Shown: piece after piece, positions 47,030 to 57,140 of the stretch
Numbering within the stretch: position 1 is the stretch's first letter
How the letters are laid out: every line of letters begins with the position of its first letter
Assembly (NCBI GenBank): GCA_019114745.1
Contig: DXEY01000155.1
Coordinates: 1-61,607 of the forward strand
Reading direction: 5' to 3'
Source of the DNA: Candidatus Mediterraneibacter colneyensis
GTDB taxonomy: Bacteria; Bacillota; Clostridia; Lachnospirales; Lachnospiraceae
DNA: 61,607 nucleotides
Translations under genes and position numbers: made by a program
The notes under the pieces: generated by a model
Database searches by the model: none
What the model saw: the letters and a program-made list of their open reading frames with translations, nothing else
What the model was told of the DNA's origin: nothing

Positions 47030-47317
47030 ATGACATATGGAGCTTATGGGCTGGTAGAAGTTGTGGGAGAGGCAAACGCCGTTTTGGTGACAGACCGCAT
47101 GCTGAAGACTGCTGAGGTCGAGTATGTGACCCAGGATACAAAATGCGGAGGACACGCGCTTGTATTTATCGGAGGAAGCGTGTCGGCTGTGACATCTGCG
47201 GTGGACAGCGTGAAGGAAGATCCGCCGTGCGAGGTAGTGGAGACAGCGGTGATTTCAAACCCGTCCCAGGAGATGGTCGATATCGTAGAGGAGTTCTGCC
47301 GGAGAAGGAAGAAATAA
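47030..47317 (+). CDS. Divergent BMC-domain (hexamer-type) microcompartment shell protein
   Basis: AYGLVEV...DRMLKTAEV...GSVSAVTSAVD...VISNP. Confidence 0.82.
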   Translation: MTYGAYGLVEVVGEANAVLVTDRMLKTAEVEYVTQDTKCGGHALVFIGGSVSAVTSAVDSVKEDPPCEVVETAVISNPSQEMVDIVEEFCRRRKK

Positions 47318-47349
47318 TCCTTCCGCACAGCAGGATAAACAGAGAACAC

Positions 47350-47408
47350 AAGAGCCGTATTTCCGGATGCAGGACATCATTCCTGCCGATGGAAATACGG
47401 CTCTTTTA
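47350..47408 (+). terminator. Long terminator hairpin after the BMC pair
   Basis: AAGAGCCGTATTTCC / GGAAATACGGCTCTT perfect 15-bp stem, inner GCAGGA/TCCTGC, T tail. Confidence 0.75.
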
Positions 47409-47466
47409 TGCTGGTGGACAATTGCGGGAAAGGATAGTAAAATGTAAGATGGAGTTTTAGAATGAA

Positions 47467-48273
47467 ATGGAGTATGGCATGGAAAGATCAGTTTTATTTT
47501 TTGATATTGACGGGACTCTGCTGAGTGAAAATACAGGAGAAATCCCGGACAGCGCCATCCGTGCGCTTGATGCGGCAAGGAATGCCGGACATCTTTTGTT
47601 CATCAATACCGGAAGGACGATCTGCAGTGTGCCTGCTGAGATCAGGAGATATCCTTTTGACGGATATCTGTGCGGGTGCGGTACATGTATCGTTTACCGT
47701 GACGAAGTGCTCTTCTCTCGTTCGATACCTGAGGACAGAGGAGATGCAATCATCCGAAAGATCGCAGAGTGCAGACTGGGAGGGATCGCCGAAGGATCGG
47801 AGGATGTTTACTTCCCCGGATATATTACCCGTTTTGACAAGCTGGAAACAACCAGGCGGTATTTCCTGCGCAGAGGTATGGGAATGGAGCATCCTCTGGA
47901 AAAAGGCGGTTTTATCTACGACAAATTATTTATCTATGTGGATGAGAAGAGTGATTTCGAGAGCTTCCGGGAATACCTCTCGCCGGATATGGAAGCCCTT
48001 GACCGGGGCGGGAACGCTTATGAGATCGTGCAGAAAGGATATTCAAAAGCTACGGCGTGCCAGTTTATCATGGATAAATTCGGCATTGGGAAAGAGAACG
48101 CCTATGTATTCGGCGACAGCAGCAATGACCTGTCTATGTTCCAGTTTGCCGTCCACACAGTTGCAATGGGACATCACGATGCGGTGCTTGAGCCCTGGAC
48201 AGAATTTGTCACAAAGGCGGTAGAAGAGGACGGGATCGCGTATGCCATGGAACACTACAGGCTGAATGTCTGA
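47467..48273 (+). CDS. Cof-type HAD-IIB hydrolase
   Basis: FFDIDGTL, NTGR, SKA, FGDSSNDLSM. Confidence 0.9.
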   Translation: MEYGMERSVLFFDIDGTLLSENTGEIPDSAIRALDAARNAGHLLFINTGRTICSVPAEIRRYPFDGYLCGCGTCIVYRDEVLFSRSIPEDRGDAIIRKIAECRLGGIAEGSEDVYFPGYITRFDKLETTRRYFLRRGMGMEHPLEKGGFIYDKLFIYVDEKSDFESFREYLSPDMEALDRGGNAYEIVQKGYSKATACQFIMDKFGIGKENAYVFGDSSNDLSMFQFAVHTVAMGHHDAVLEPWTEFVTKAVEEDGIAYAMEHYRLNV

Positions 48274-48297
48274 CAAAGCGTGGCGGAAGGGAGAAAA

Positions 48298-49284
48298 ATG
48301 ATGAAAGTTTTTGTGTATAATTACCGGGAATTTGACGAGGCGGAGTATTTCCGGAAGTTCTCCGGGGAGTACGGCGTGGAGCTGGGGATCTCGGCGGATG
48401 CGCCTGATCTGGAAAACGCGTGTCTGGCAGAAGGGTATGAGTATGTGAGCATCATTACCTCGAAGATAGACCGGGATCTGATGAAGAAGTTCCACGAGTA
48501 TGGGGTAAAGATGATATCTACCCGCACCATCGGATACGACCACGTGGACATAGAGGCGGCAAAGGAGTTTGGGATCCATGTGAGTAATGTGTCCTATTCG
48601 CCGGAATGTGTGGCAGACTATACGGTCATGCTGATGCTCATGTCCATACGGAAGATGAAGCGGATCATGCAGAGGGAGGAGATCAACGATTTCTCCCTTC
48701 CCGGCATCCAGGGGAGAGAACTTCCAAACTTTACGGTAGGCGTGCTCGGGACAGGGAGGATCGGACGCGCTGTGATCCGTGACCTGTCGGGATTCGGGTG
48801 TAAGATCTACGCGTACGACAAGTATGAAAACGAGGAAGTGAAAGCACACGCACAGTATGCGGATCTGGATACGATCTACCGGGAGTGCGACCTGATCACC
48901 CTCCATATGCCGCTGCTCGAAGACAATTTCCACCTGATCGACAGCAGCGCAGTCGCAAAGATGAAGGATGGAGTCGTCATCGTCAATACGGCGAGAGGCG
49001 GCCTGATCGATACGAAAGCGCTGATCGAAGGGATCGAGTCGGGCAAGATCAGCGCGGCAGGGCTGGACGTGATCGAGGATGAGTTTGGCATGTATTATTA
49101 TGACCGGAAATCAGATGTGTTAAGCAAGCGGGATCTGTATATCCTGAGAGGATTCCCGAATGTGATCGTCACCCCGCACATGGCGTTCTATACCGACCAG
49201 GCGGTGAGCGATATGGTGAAAAATTCCCTCCTGAGCTGTATGTATCATGCCGAAGGCAGAGAAGATCCGTGGACGGTCGTGTAG
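48298..49284 (+). CDS. D-isomer-specific 2-hydroxyacid dehydrogenase (D-lactate dehydrogenase-like)
   Basis: GVLGTGRIG, ITLHMP, VNTARG, GLDVIE, TPHMAFYT. Confidence 0.88.
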   Translation: MMKVFVYNYREFDEAEYFRKFSGEYGVELGISADAPDLENACLAEGYEYVSIITSKIDRDLMKKFHEYGVKMISTRTIGYDHVDIEAAKEFGIHVSNVSYSPECVADYTVMLMLMSIRKMKRIMQREEINDFSLPGIQGRELPNFTVGVLGTGRIGRAVIRDLSGFGCKIYAYDKYENEEVKAHAQYADLDTIYRECDLITLHMPLLEDNFHLIDSSAVAKMKDGVVIVNTARGGLIDTKALIEGIESGKISAAGLDVIEDEFGMYYYDRKSDVLSKRDLYILRGFPNVIVTPHMAFYTDQAVSDMVKNSLLSCMYHAEGREDPWTVV

Positions 49285-49334
49285 GGGAGTGCGAGGCACT
49301 TTGGAGTGAGTTTACAAAAATCTGCACCTTTTTC

Positions 49335-49363
49335 TTGACAATCCGATATACTGGTGATACAAT
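49335..49363 (+). promoter_or_regulatory. Sigma-A promoter of the trp leader
   Basis: TTGACA-17 bp-TACAAT with extended TG. Confidence 0.8.
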
Positions 49364-49384
49364 AGCAAATATTTTAATAGAGTA

Positions 49385-49660
49385 AACCGTTGAAGCGGAG
49401 ATAACGGCAATGATGCCTTTACAGAGAGCCTGAGATGCTGAGAATCAGGTGAGAAACAAGTTGTCAAATGGACCGCTGAGGGCGCAGTCAAATGTGGTAT
49501 TCACAGAGTATTCTGCGACGTTGCAGGCAGACGTCATTTGCCGGGGATATGTTGGTATCCTGCTAAGCGCACGGGTCATGCCGTGAATCAAGGTGGCACC
49601 GCGGATAAATGTTTTTATTCGTCCTTGACAGAGTATATATCTCTGTTAAGGGCGTTTTTG
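49385..49660 (+). ncRNA. Tryptophan T-box riboswitch leader
   Basis: Stem I AGAGAG and GCTGAGA motifs, TGG specifier at 49469-49471, T-box AAGGTGGCACCGCG at 49590-49603, terminator 49620-49660. Confidence 0.92.
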
Positions 49661-49726
49661 TTTTATAAGACTCCTTTGACCGGGATATAAGATCAAAGGA
49701 GTCTTTATTATTTGGAGGAACTGATC

Positions 49727-51193
49727 ATGAAAATTCAGCCATCTTTTGCTGAAGTCAGAGAAATCGCGGCAACCGGCCGATATAACGTACTGCCGGTCAG
49801 CCTTGAGATCCTCTCCGACTTTACAACGCCTGTTGAGGCGATGAAAATTTTGAAAAATGTATCTGCGCACTGCTATATGCTGGAATCGGCTCAGGCTAAC
49901 GAAACATGGGGACGCTACAGTTTCCTTGGATTCGATCCGAAAATGGAGATTACCTGCGTTGACGGCGAGATGAAGATCGGCAGTCTCAAGGTTAAGACGG
50001 ATACCCCGTCCTGTTATCTCAGACAGATCCTTGACGGTTACAAAAGTCCGCGATTCGATTATCTTCCTTCTTTTACAGGCGGTCTTGTCGGATACTTCTC
50101 ATATGACTATTTCGCCTACAGTGAGCCGGCAGTCAAATGTGATGTGGAAGATGCCGGGGGATTTAAAGATGTTGACATGATGCTGTTTGATAAGGTTATC
50201 GCGTTCGACCATCTCCGGCAGAAAATTATTCTCATTGTAAATATGCCGCTGGATGAGCCGGAAACCGGTTACAACAAAGCGGTTATGGAATTGAAGCAGC
50301 TCGAAGAACTTCTGAAACACGGCGAAAAGAAAAATGAGCCGGGCGGAAGGCTGTCTGGCGAAGTTACGCCGTTGTTTGACAAAGAGCAATTCTGCGATAT
50401 GGTTGAGAAGGCAAAGCACCATATCCGCGATGGAGACATATTCCAGATCGTTTTGTCCAACCGTCTGAGTGCACCTTTTGAGGGAAGCCTTTTGAATACC
50501 TACCGTGTGCTTCGCACGATCAACCCATCGCCGTATATGTTCTATTTTTCAGGAACAGACGCAGAAATTGCGGGGGCGTCTCCCGAAACACTGGTAAAGC
50601 TGGAAAATGGCGTACTGCACACTTTCCCGCTTGCGGGAACAAGACCCAGGGGAAAAAACGCAGAAGAAGACAAAGCTCTCGCGGAAGAACTGCTTGCTGA
50701 TGAAAAAGAACTTGCCGAACACAATATGCTGGTCGATCTGGGGCGAAACGATCTCGGAAGAATCAGCAGGTTCGGAACTGTGCAGGTAGAAAAGCTCCAC
50801 TCTGTTGAACGCTTCTCCCATGTTATGCACATCGGCTCTACGGTGCGTGGTGAGATCAGTGATAATCATGATGCGCTGGATGCCATTGAAGCGGTATTGC
50901 CTGCCGGGACACTTTCCGGTGCGCCGAAGATCAGAGCCTGTCAGTTGATCGGGGAACTTGAAAAAAACAAACGCGGCATCTATGGCGGTGCCATCGGCTA
51001 TATAGACTTTACGGGAAATATGGATACCTGTATTGCCATCCGCATCGTCTATAAGAAGAACGGCAGGGTATTCGTGAGAAGCGGTGCAGGAATTGTATCG
51101 GATTCTGTACCCGAAAAGGAATTTGAAGAATGTCTGAATAAAGCCGGATCTTCGCTGAAAGCATTAGAACTTGCACAGGAGGCGGACTTATGA
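49727..51193 (+). CDS. trpE: Anthranilate synthase component I
   Basis: GDIFQIVLS, NPSPYM, PLAGTRPRG, AEHNMLVDLGRND, PAGTLSGAPK. Confidence 0.95.
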   Translation: MKIQPSFAEVREIAATGRYNVLPVSLEILSDFTTPVEAMKILKNVSAHCYMLESAQANETWGRYSFLGFDPKMEITCVDGEMKIGSLKVKTDTPSCYLRQILDGYKSPRFDYLPSFTGGLVGYFSYDYFAYSEPAVKCDVEDAGGFKDVDMMLFDKVIAFDHLRQKIILIVNMPLDEPETGYNKAVMELKQLEELLKHGEKKNEPGGRLSGEVTPLFDKEQFCDMVEKAKHHIRDGDIFQIVLSNRLSAPFEGSLLNTYRVLRTINPSPYMFYFSGTDAEIAGASPETLVKLENGVLHTFPLAGTRPRGKNAEEDKALAEELLADEKELAEHNMLVDLGRNDLGRISRFGTVQVEKLHSVERFSHVMHIGSTVRGEISDNHDALDAIEAVLPAGTLSGAPKIRACQLIGELEKNKRGIYGGAIGYIDFTGNMDTCIAIRIVYKKNGRVFVRSGAGIVSDSVPEKEFEECLNKAGSSLKALELAQEADL

Positions 51194-51759
51194 TTCTTCT
51201 GATAGATAACTACGACAGCTTTTCCTATAATCTTTTTCAGCTTATTGGTGAGACCGATCCGGATATCAGGGTCATCCGCAACGATGAAATGACGACAGAG
51301 GAAATCAGGAAACTGAACCCGGACCGTATTATCCTCTCGCCCGGTCCGGGCAGACCCGAAGATGCCGGAATTATTATTGAGGCTGTAAAAATACTCGGAA
51401 AGGACATTCCCATTCTCGGCGTCTGCCTCGGCCATCAGGCAATTTGCGCGGCGTTCGGTGCGGATATTACTTATGCAAGGGAACTGATGCACGGGAAGCA
51501 GTCAGATGTTGAATTTGATACAGACTGCCCGCTGTTCAGAGGCTGTCCCGATACTGCGCCGGCCGCGCGGTATCACTCCCTTGCGGTTGATGCAGACACC
51601 ATTCCCGAAGTATTAAAGATCACGGCAGTCACTAAAGACGGTGAAGTGATGGCGGTACAGCACAAAGAATATCCCGTATACGGCGTACAGTTTCATCCCG
51701 AATCTATTATGACACCGGACGGTAAGCAGATGCTGTACAATTTTATAAAGGAGATATGA
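51190..51759 (+). CDS. trpG: Anthranilate synthase component II (glutamine amidotransferase)
   Basis: LIDNYDSF, SPGPG, GVCLGHQ, QFHPES. Confidence 0.95.
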   Translation: MILLIDNYDSFSYNLFQLIGETDPDIRVIRNDEMTTEEIRKLNPDRIILSPGPGRPEDAGIIIEAVKILGKDIPILGVCLGHQAICAAFGADITYARELMHGKQSDVEFDTDCPLFRGCPDTAPAARYHSLAVDADTIPEVLKITAVTKDGEVMAVQHKEYPVYGVQFHPESIMTPDGKQMLYNFIKEI

Positions 51760-51762
51760 GTT

Positions 51763-52794
51763 ATGATTAAAGAAGCGATTGTAAAGATTGTAAATAAAGA
51801 AGACCTGACCTATGATGAAGCATACACTGTGATGAATGAAATTATGAGCGGTAACACAACAGCGACACAGAATGCCGCCTTCCTTGCGGCTCTGTCCACC
51901 AAAAGCGCCAGAGCCGAGACTACGGATGAGATCGCCGGATGCGCCGCGGCTATGAGAGAACACGCAACCAGGGTGGAGACAGGTATGGAGATTTTTGAAA
52001 TCGTCGGAACTGGCGGCGATAACGCGCACAGCTTCAATATTTCCACGACTTCTGCGCTCGTTGCGGCTGCTGCGGGAATGAAGGTTGCAAAGCATGGCAA
52101 CAGAGCCGCATCCTCTCAGTGTGGAACGGCGGATTGTCTTGAAGCCCTCGGTGTGAACATTCAGCAAAGCCCGGCAAGATGTATTGAACTGCTGAATGAG
52201 GCCGGCATATGTTTCTTCTTTGCACAGAAATATCACACCTCCATGAAATATGTCGGCGCTATCCGCAGGGAACTCGGCTTCCGTACCGTGTTCAATATTC
52301 TCGGGCCGCTTACGAATCCCGGCACCCCCTCCATGCAGCTTCTCGGTGTGTATGATGATTATCTTGTCGAACCTCTGGCGCAGGTCCTGATCAATCTCGG
52401 AATCAGACGCGGTATGGTTGTGTACGGCCAGGATAAGCTGGATGAGATTTCCATGAGCGCACCGACTACAGTCTGCGAGATCCGCGACGGATGGTTTAAG
52501 TCCTCTGTGATCACGCCGGAAGACTTTGGTTTTCAACGCTGTACCAAAGAAGATCTGAAAGGCGGCACCCCTGAAGAAAATGCCAGGATCACACTTGACG
52601 TTTTGAGCGGTGAAAAAGGTCATAAGAGAAACGCTATTCTTTTGAATGCCGGTGCGGCGCTCTACATTGGCGGAAAGGCTGACAGTATAAAAGACGGTAC
52701 CGGGCTTGCGGCGGAGATTATTGATTCCGGGAGGGCGCTTGAAACACTGAACAAACTTATTGAAGTCAGCAACCGTCCGGAGGCAGAAATATGA
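51763..52794 (+). CDS. trpD: Anthranilate phosphoribosyltransferase
   Basis: [25 protein letters not shown]. Confidence 0.96.
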   Translation: MIKEAIVKIVNKEDLTYDEAYTVMNEIMSGNTTATQNAAFLAALSTKSARAETTDEIAGCAAAMREHATRVETGMEIFEIVGTGGDNAHSFNISTTSALVAAAAGMKVAKHGNRAASSQCGTADCLEALGVNIQQSPARCIELLNEAGICFFFAQKYHTSMKYVGAIRRELGFRTVFNILGPLTNPGTPSMQLLGVYDDYLVEPLAQVLINLGIRRGMVVYGQDKLDEISMSAPTTVCEIRDGWFKSSVITPEDFGFQRCTKEDLKGGTPEENARITLDVLSGEKGHKRNAILLNAGAALYIGGKADSIKDGTGLAAEIIDSGRALETLNKLIEVSNRPEAEI

Positions 52795-53573
52795 CGATCC
52801 TCGACCAGCTTGCAGAACACGCCCGGAAACGCACCGGGCAGGCAAAATTAAAAACACCGCTCCCGGAACTCAGGCGGAAAGCCTTATCCCTTCCCAAAGG
52901 CTCCTTCGCTTTTGAAAATGCACTCAGGAAGGCAGATATTTCTTTTATCTGCGAGTGCAAAAAGGCATCTCCCTCAAAAGGACTGATAGCACCTGATTTT
53001 CCGTATCTGCAGATTGCAAAGGAGTATGAAGCGGCAGGAGCAGACTGCATTTCTGTGCTGACAGAACCGGAATGGTTTCTCGGAAGCGACAGGTATCTGA
53101 AAGAAATCGCTTCCGGCGTTTCCATACCCTGTCTGCGGAAGGACTTCACAGTAGATGAATATATGATCTACGAGGCAAAGGTGCTCGGCGCATCGGCGGT
53201 GCTGCTGATCTGTTCTGTCTTAAGCGGGGAACAGATCAGATCTTTTATCAGCATTTGTGATGAACTTGGATTATCAGCATTAGTTGAAGCGCACGATGAA
53301 AATGAAGTGCAGACCGCACTGAATGCAGGAGCCCGCATCATCGGTGTCAACAACCGGAATCTGAAAGATTTTTCTGTAGATACGGACAACAGCCGCAGGC
53401 TCAGAGAGCTGATACCCCGCGACGTCCTGTTTGTCTCCGAAAGCGGGGTGAGCAGTGCGGCAGATGTGGCAAAGCTCCGTGAAATCGGAGCGGATGCTGT
53501 TTTGATCGGCGAAACCCTTATGCGGGCGCCCGACAAAGGGGTAAAACTTGACGAACTGCGGGGTGCGGTATGA
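52791..53573 (+). CDS. trpC: Indole-3-glycerol phosphate synthase
   Basis: [31 protein letters not shown]. Confidence 0.96.
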   Translation: MTILDQLAEHARKRTGQAKLKTPLPELRRKALSLPKGSFAFENALRKADISFICECKKASPSKGLIAPDFPYLQIAKEYEAAGADCISVLTEPEWFLGSDRYLKEIASGVSIPCLRKDFTVDEYMIYEAKVLGASAVLLICSVLSGEQIRSFISICDELGLSALVEAHDENEVQTALNAGARIIGVNNRNLKDFSVDTDNSRRLRELIPRDVLFVSESGVSSAADVAKLREIGADAVLIGETLMRAPDKGVKLDELRGAV

Positions 53574-54178
53574 CGAAGATTAAACTTTGCGGGCTTTCCA
53601 GACCCTGTGATATAGAGGCTGTAAATGAACTGAAGCCGGACTATGTCGGGTTCGTCTTTGCACCGGAAAGCAGGCGTTATGTAACATATGAAAAAGCAGA
53701 GGAACTGAAAAGACGGCTTTCGCCCGAAATCCGGGCGGTCGGTGTGTTTGTAAATGAACTTCCGCAAAACGTTGCAAGGCTGTTGCAGAACGGTATTATC
53801 GACATGGCACAGCTTCACGGCGACGAGGACGAAGATTATATTGCAAAGCTGCGGCTGCTGACGGATAAGAAGATCATCAGGGCTTTTTGCATTAAAACTG
53901 CAGATGATATAAAAATTGCGGTGCAAAGTGAAGCAGATTATATTCTTCTTGATTCCGGCGCAGGCACGGGGACAGTATTTGACTGGGGATACGTGAAAAG
54001 TATCGGGAGACCGTATTTTCTCGCCGGAGGACTGGATGCCGGCAACGCGGCAGGCGCGGTCAGAGCACTTCATCCATTTGCAGTTGACGTCAGTTCCGGA
54101 ATCGAAACCGACGGGGTAAAAGATAAAACAAAAATGGCGGCATTTGTTGCCGCTGTCAGAAAGGAAGACAGATTATGA
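53570..54178 (+). CDS. trpF: Phosphoribosylanthranilate isomerase
   Basis: [30 protein letters not shown]. Confidence 0.95.
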   Translation: MTKIKLCGLSRPCDIEAVNELKPDYVGFVFAPESRRYVTYEKAEELKRRLSPEIRAVGVFVNELPQNVARLLQNGIIDMAQLHGDEDEDYIAKLRLLTDKKIIRAFCIKTADDIKIAVQSEADYILLDSGAGTGTVFDWGYVKSIGRPYFLAGGLDAGNAAGAVRALHPFAVDVSSGIETDGVKDKTKMAAFVAAVRKEDRL

Positions 54179-55365
54179 CAAATACAGACGGACGCTTCGG
54201 TATTCACGGCGGCCAGTATATTCCCGAGACGCTGATGAATGCGGTCATCGAACTGGAGAAAGCGTATAATCACTATAAAAATGATCCCGAATTTAACAGA
54301 GAACTTTCCGGTCTTTTCAATGAATATGCGGGCAGGCCGTCAAGGCTGTACTTTGCAGAAAAAATGACCGGAGACCTGGGCGGTGCGAAAATCTATCTTA
54401 AGCGTGAAGATCTGAACCACACCGGAGCACATAAGATCAACAATGTCCTTGGGCAGGCACTTCTTGCAAAGAAGATGGGAAAAACCCGGTTGATAGCCGA
54501 AACAGGCGCCGGGCAGCATGGCGTTGCCACGGCAACTGCCGCCGCACTGATGGGGATGGAATGTGTCGTATTCATGGGCGAAGAAGATACGATCCGACAG
54601 GCACTTAATGTGTACCGAATGAGACTGCTTGGCGCTGAGGTAATTCCTGTCAGAACAGGTACGGCAACCCTCAAAGATGCCGTATCCGAGGCTATGCGTG
54701 AATGGACTTCACGTATCAGCGATACTCATTACTGCCTCGGCTCTGTTATGGGGCCGCATCCGTTCCCTTCTATTGTCCGTGATTTTCAGTCAGTTATCTC
54801 AAAAGAGATTAAGGAGCAGATCCAGGAGAAAGAAGGAAGGCTGCCGGATGCAGTCATCGCCTGCGTAGGAGGCGGGTCTAATGCAATCGGAAGTTTCTAT
54901 AATTTCATCGGAGATGAAGGGGTACGGCTGATCGGCTGCGAGGCGGCGGGCAGAGGCGTTGACACCTTTGAGACAGCGGCGACCATCGCAACAGGAAGAG
55001 TGGGGATCTTCCACGGAATGAAATCTTACTTCTGCCAGGATAAGGACGGGCAAATCGCTCCGGTCTACTCTGTATCCGCCGGCCTCGACTACCCCGGCGT
55101 CGGCCCCGAACACGCTTATCTGCACGATATCGGGAGAGCAGAGTATGTTCCTGTTACGGACGACGAAGCGGTAAATGCTTTTGAGTATCTGGCAAAGACT
55201 GAGGGGATCATTCCTGCCATTGAATCTGCCCATGCTGTTGCACATGCAATGAAGATCGCGCCAGCTATGGATAAAGAACAGATTATCGTAATCACCATAT
55301 CCGGGAGAGGCGACAAGGACTGTGCCGCTATTGCCCGCTACAGAGGGGAGGATCTTTATGAGTAA
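54175..55365 (+). CDS. trpB: Tryptophan synthase beta chain
   Basis: [45 protein letters not shown]. Confidence 0.97.
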   Translation: MTNTDGRFGIHGGQYIPETLMNAVIELEKAYNHYKNDPEFNRELSGLFNEYAGRPSRLYFAEKMTGDLGGAKIYLKREDLNHTGAHKINNVLGQALLAKKMGKTRLIAETGAGQHGVATATAAALMGMECVVFMGEEDTIRQALNVYRMRLLGAEVIPVRTGTATLKDAVSEAMREWTSRISDTHYCLGSVMGPHPFPSIVRDFQSVISKEIKEQIQEKEGRLPDAVIACVGGGSNAIGSFYNFIGDEGVRLIGCEAAGRGVDTFETAATIATGRVGIFHGMKSYFCQDKDGQIAPVYSVSAGLDYPGVGPEHAYLHDIGRAEYVPVTDDEAVNAFEYLAKTEGIIPAIESAHAVAHAMKIAPAMDKEQIIVITISGRGDKDCAAIARYRGEDLYE

Positions 55366-56128
55366 CATCAAAAAAGCATTTGAAAACGGAAAGGCTTTCA
55401 TTGCCTTTATTACGTGCGGCGACCCTGACCTGGAAACTACAGCCGCCGCTATCCGTGCCGCTGTAGAAAATGGCGCAGATCTTATTGAACTTGGTATCCC
55501 GTTCTCCGATCCGACCGCCGAAGGACCTGTTATCCAGGCGGCAAACATCAGGGCGTTGAACGGGGGTGTTACGACGGATAAAATATTTGCTTTTGTCAGA
55601 CAGCTTCGCCGTGACGTAAAAGTACCGATGGTTTTTATGACATATGCCAATGTGGTTTTTTCCTATGGCGCGGACAGATTTATTTCGACCTGTCGTGAGA
55701 TTGAAATTGACGGTCTTATCCTGCCTGACCTGCCGTATGAGGAAAAAGAAGAGTTTTTGCCGCTGTGTCACCGGTATGGCGTTGCGTTAGTGTCGATGAT
55801 CGCTCCCACGTCTGAAAACCGCATTGCAATGATCGCAAAAGAAGCGGAAGGGTTTTTATATATTGTTTCCAGTCTCGGCGTTACGGGTACAAGAGCGGAA
55901 ATTAAAACAGATCTTGCTTCGATCGTAAAGACGGTAAGAGAAAATACGGATATTCCATGCGCCATCGGTTTCGGTATCTCCACTCCGGAGCAGGCAGGGA
56001 AGATGGCAGAACTCTCTGACGGGGTGATCGTTGGCTCAGCTATCATTAAACTGCTCGAAAAATACGGCAGGAATGCGCCGGAGTATATCGGGGAGTATGT
56101 AAGATCAATGAAGGATGCTGTGAAATAG
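55358..56128 (+). CDS. trpA: Tryptophan synthase alpha chain
   Basis: [35 protein letters not shown]. Confidence 0.96.
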   Translation: MSNIKKAFENGKAFIAFITCGDPDLETTAAAIRAAVENGADLIELGIPFSDPTAEGPVIQAANIRALNGGVTTDKIFAFVRQLRRDVKVPMVFMTYANVVFSYGADRFISTCREIEIDGLILPDLPYEEKEEFLPLCHRYGVALVSMIAPTSENRIAMIAKEAEGFLYIVSSLGVTGTRAEIKTDLASIVKTVRENTDIPCAIGFGISTPEQAGKMAELSDGVIVGSAIIKLLEKYGRNAPEYIGEYVRSMKDAVK

Positions 56129-56222
56129 CAAAGGCGGAAAAGGCGGTTTCGTGATTGTTTACAAAAGCGGAAAATCATGGTAAAATATTACATAATTATT
56201 AAATTAATTAAGGAGATATTAC

Positions 56223-57140
56223 ATGATACGCATCAGAGAGTTGACCAGGACTTTTGGAAAGACGCAGGCGGTGAACCATATTTCACTCGATATTCCGGAG
56301 GGAGCCCTGTTCGGACTGCTCGGGACAAACGGCGCGGGAAAGACGACCCTGCTCCGGATTCTTTCGGGGATCCTGGAGCCGGATTCCGGGGAGATGACAG
56401 TAGATGGGAAGCCTTTGTATGAAGCGGCGGAGGAGATTTTTTATCTGCCGGACGAACCCTATTATTTCCCGAATGCCTCCATGGAACAGATGACAGAGTT
56501 TTACAGGAGACATTATCCGTCGATGGATCCGGAAGGGGTCTCCTATATGGCAGATATGCTGAATCTGGATATGAGACAGCCTGTCCGCACGTTTTCAAAG
56601 GGGATGAAGCGACAGGCATTTTTGGCCATGGCATTGTGCGCCGGGACAAAATATCTTTTCTGCGACGAGGTTTTCGACGGGCTTGACCCAATCGCCGCTG
56701 ACGTGATGAAGCGGCTTTTCCGGCAGGAGATGGAAGAACGGAAATTTACTGTGGTGGTAGCTTCCCACAAACTCAATGAACTGGAAGATATCTGCAGCAA
56801 TATCGCGATCCTGCACAGAGGAGGTGTGGTCACTGCGGGAGATATGCGTCTGCGCGCGGAGAATGTGTGGAAGTTCCAGTGCGCGTTCCGGGTGGACGAC
56901 GGTATATCTGAGACTGTGGAAACGATCAGGCACAGGGCAAAAGAGCGTGCAGATGTGATCCGGCTCCATGTGGAAGGAGGGTTTGTGACTCTGATCGCAA
57001 GGGGAGAAAAAGAGGTGATAAAGAAAGAACTGTGTTCGATGCATCCGGTTCTTGTTCAGGAAGTGCCGATGAGCCTGGAGGAAATCTTTATCGCAGAGCT
57101 GGAGGTGAAAGGATATGATATCCGCGAAGTGCTTTCTTAA
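56223..57140 (+). CDS. ABC-2 type ATP-binding protein (paralog of 37084-37986)
   Basis: GTNGAGKTT, PYYFPNA, FSKGMKRQ, DEVFDGLD, SLEEIFIAE. Confidence 0.9.
   Translation: MIRIRELTRTFGKTQAVNHISLDIPEGALFGLLGTNGAGKTTLLRILSGILEPDSGEMTVDGKPLYEAAEEIFYLPDEPYYFPNASMEQMTEFYRRHYPSMDPEGVSYMADMLNLDMRQPVRTFSKGMKRQAFLAMALCAGTKYLFCDEVFDGLDPIAADVMKRLFRQEMEERKFTVVVASHKLNELEDICSNIAILHRGGVVTAGDMRLRAENVWKFQCAFRVDDGISETVETIRHRAKERADVIRLHVEGGFVTLIARGEKEVIKKELCSMHPVLVQEVPMSLEEIFIAELEVKGYDIREVLS

Noticed and set aside
48298-49284. Vancomycin resistance cluster
   Set aside because: No ligase, vanX/Y or vanRS nearby
47467-49284. HAD and D-LDH as microcompartment cargo
   Set aside because: Separated from the BMC pair by a strong terminator, with no obvious encapsulation-peptide extensions
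51613-52857. 414-aa antisense ORF, and similar ones at 44034-45257, 42780-43835 and 9325-10236
   Set aside because: Shadows of well-supported genes on the other strand, with no recognisable motifs
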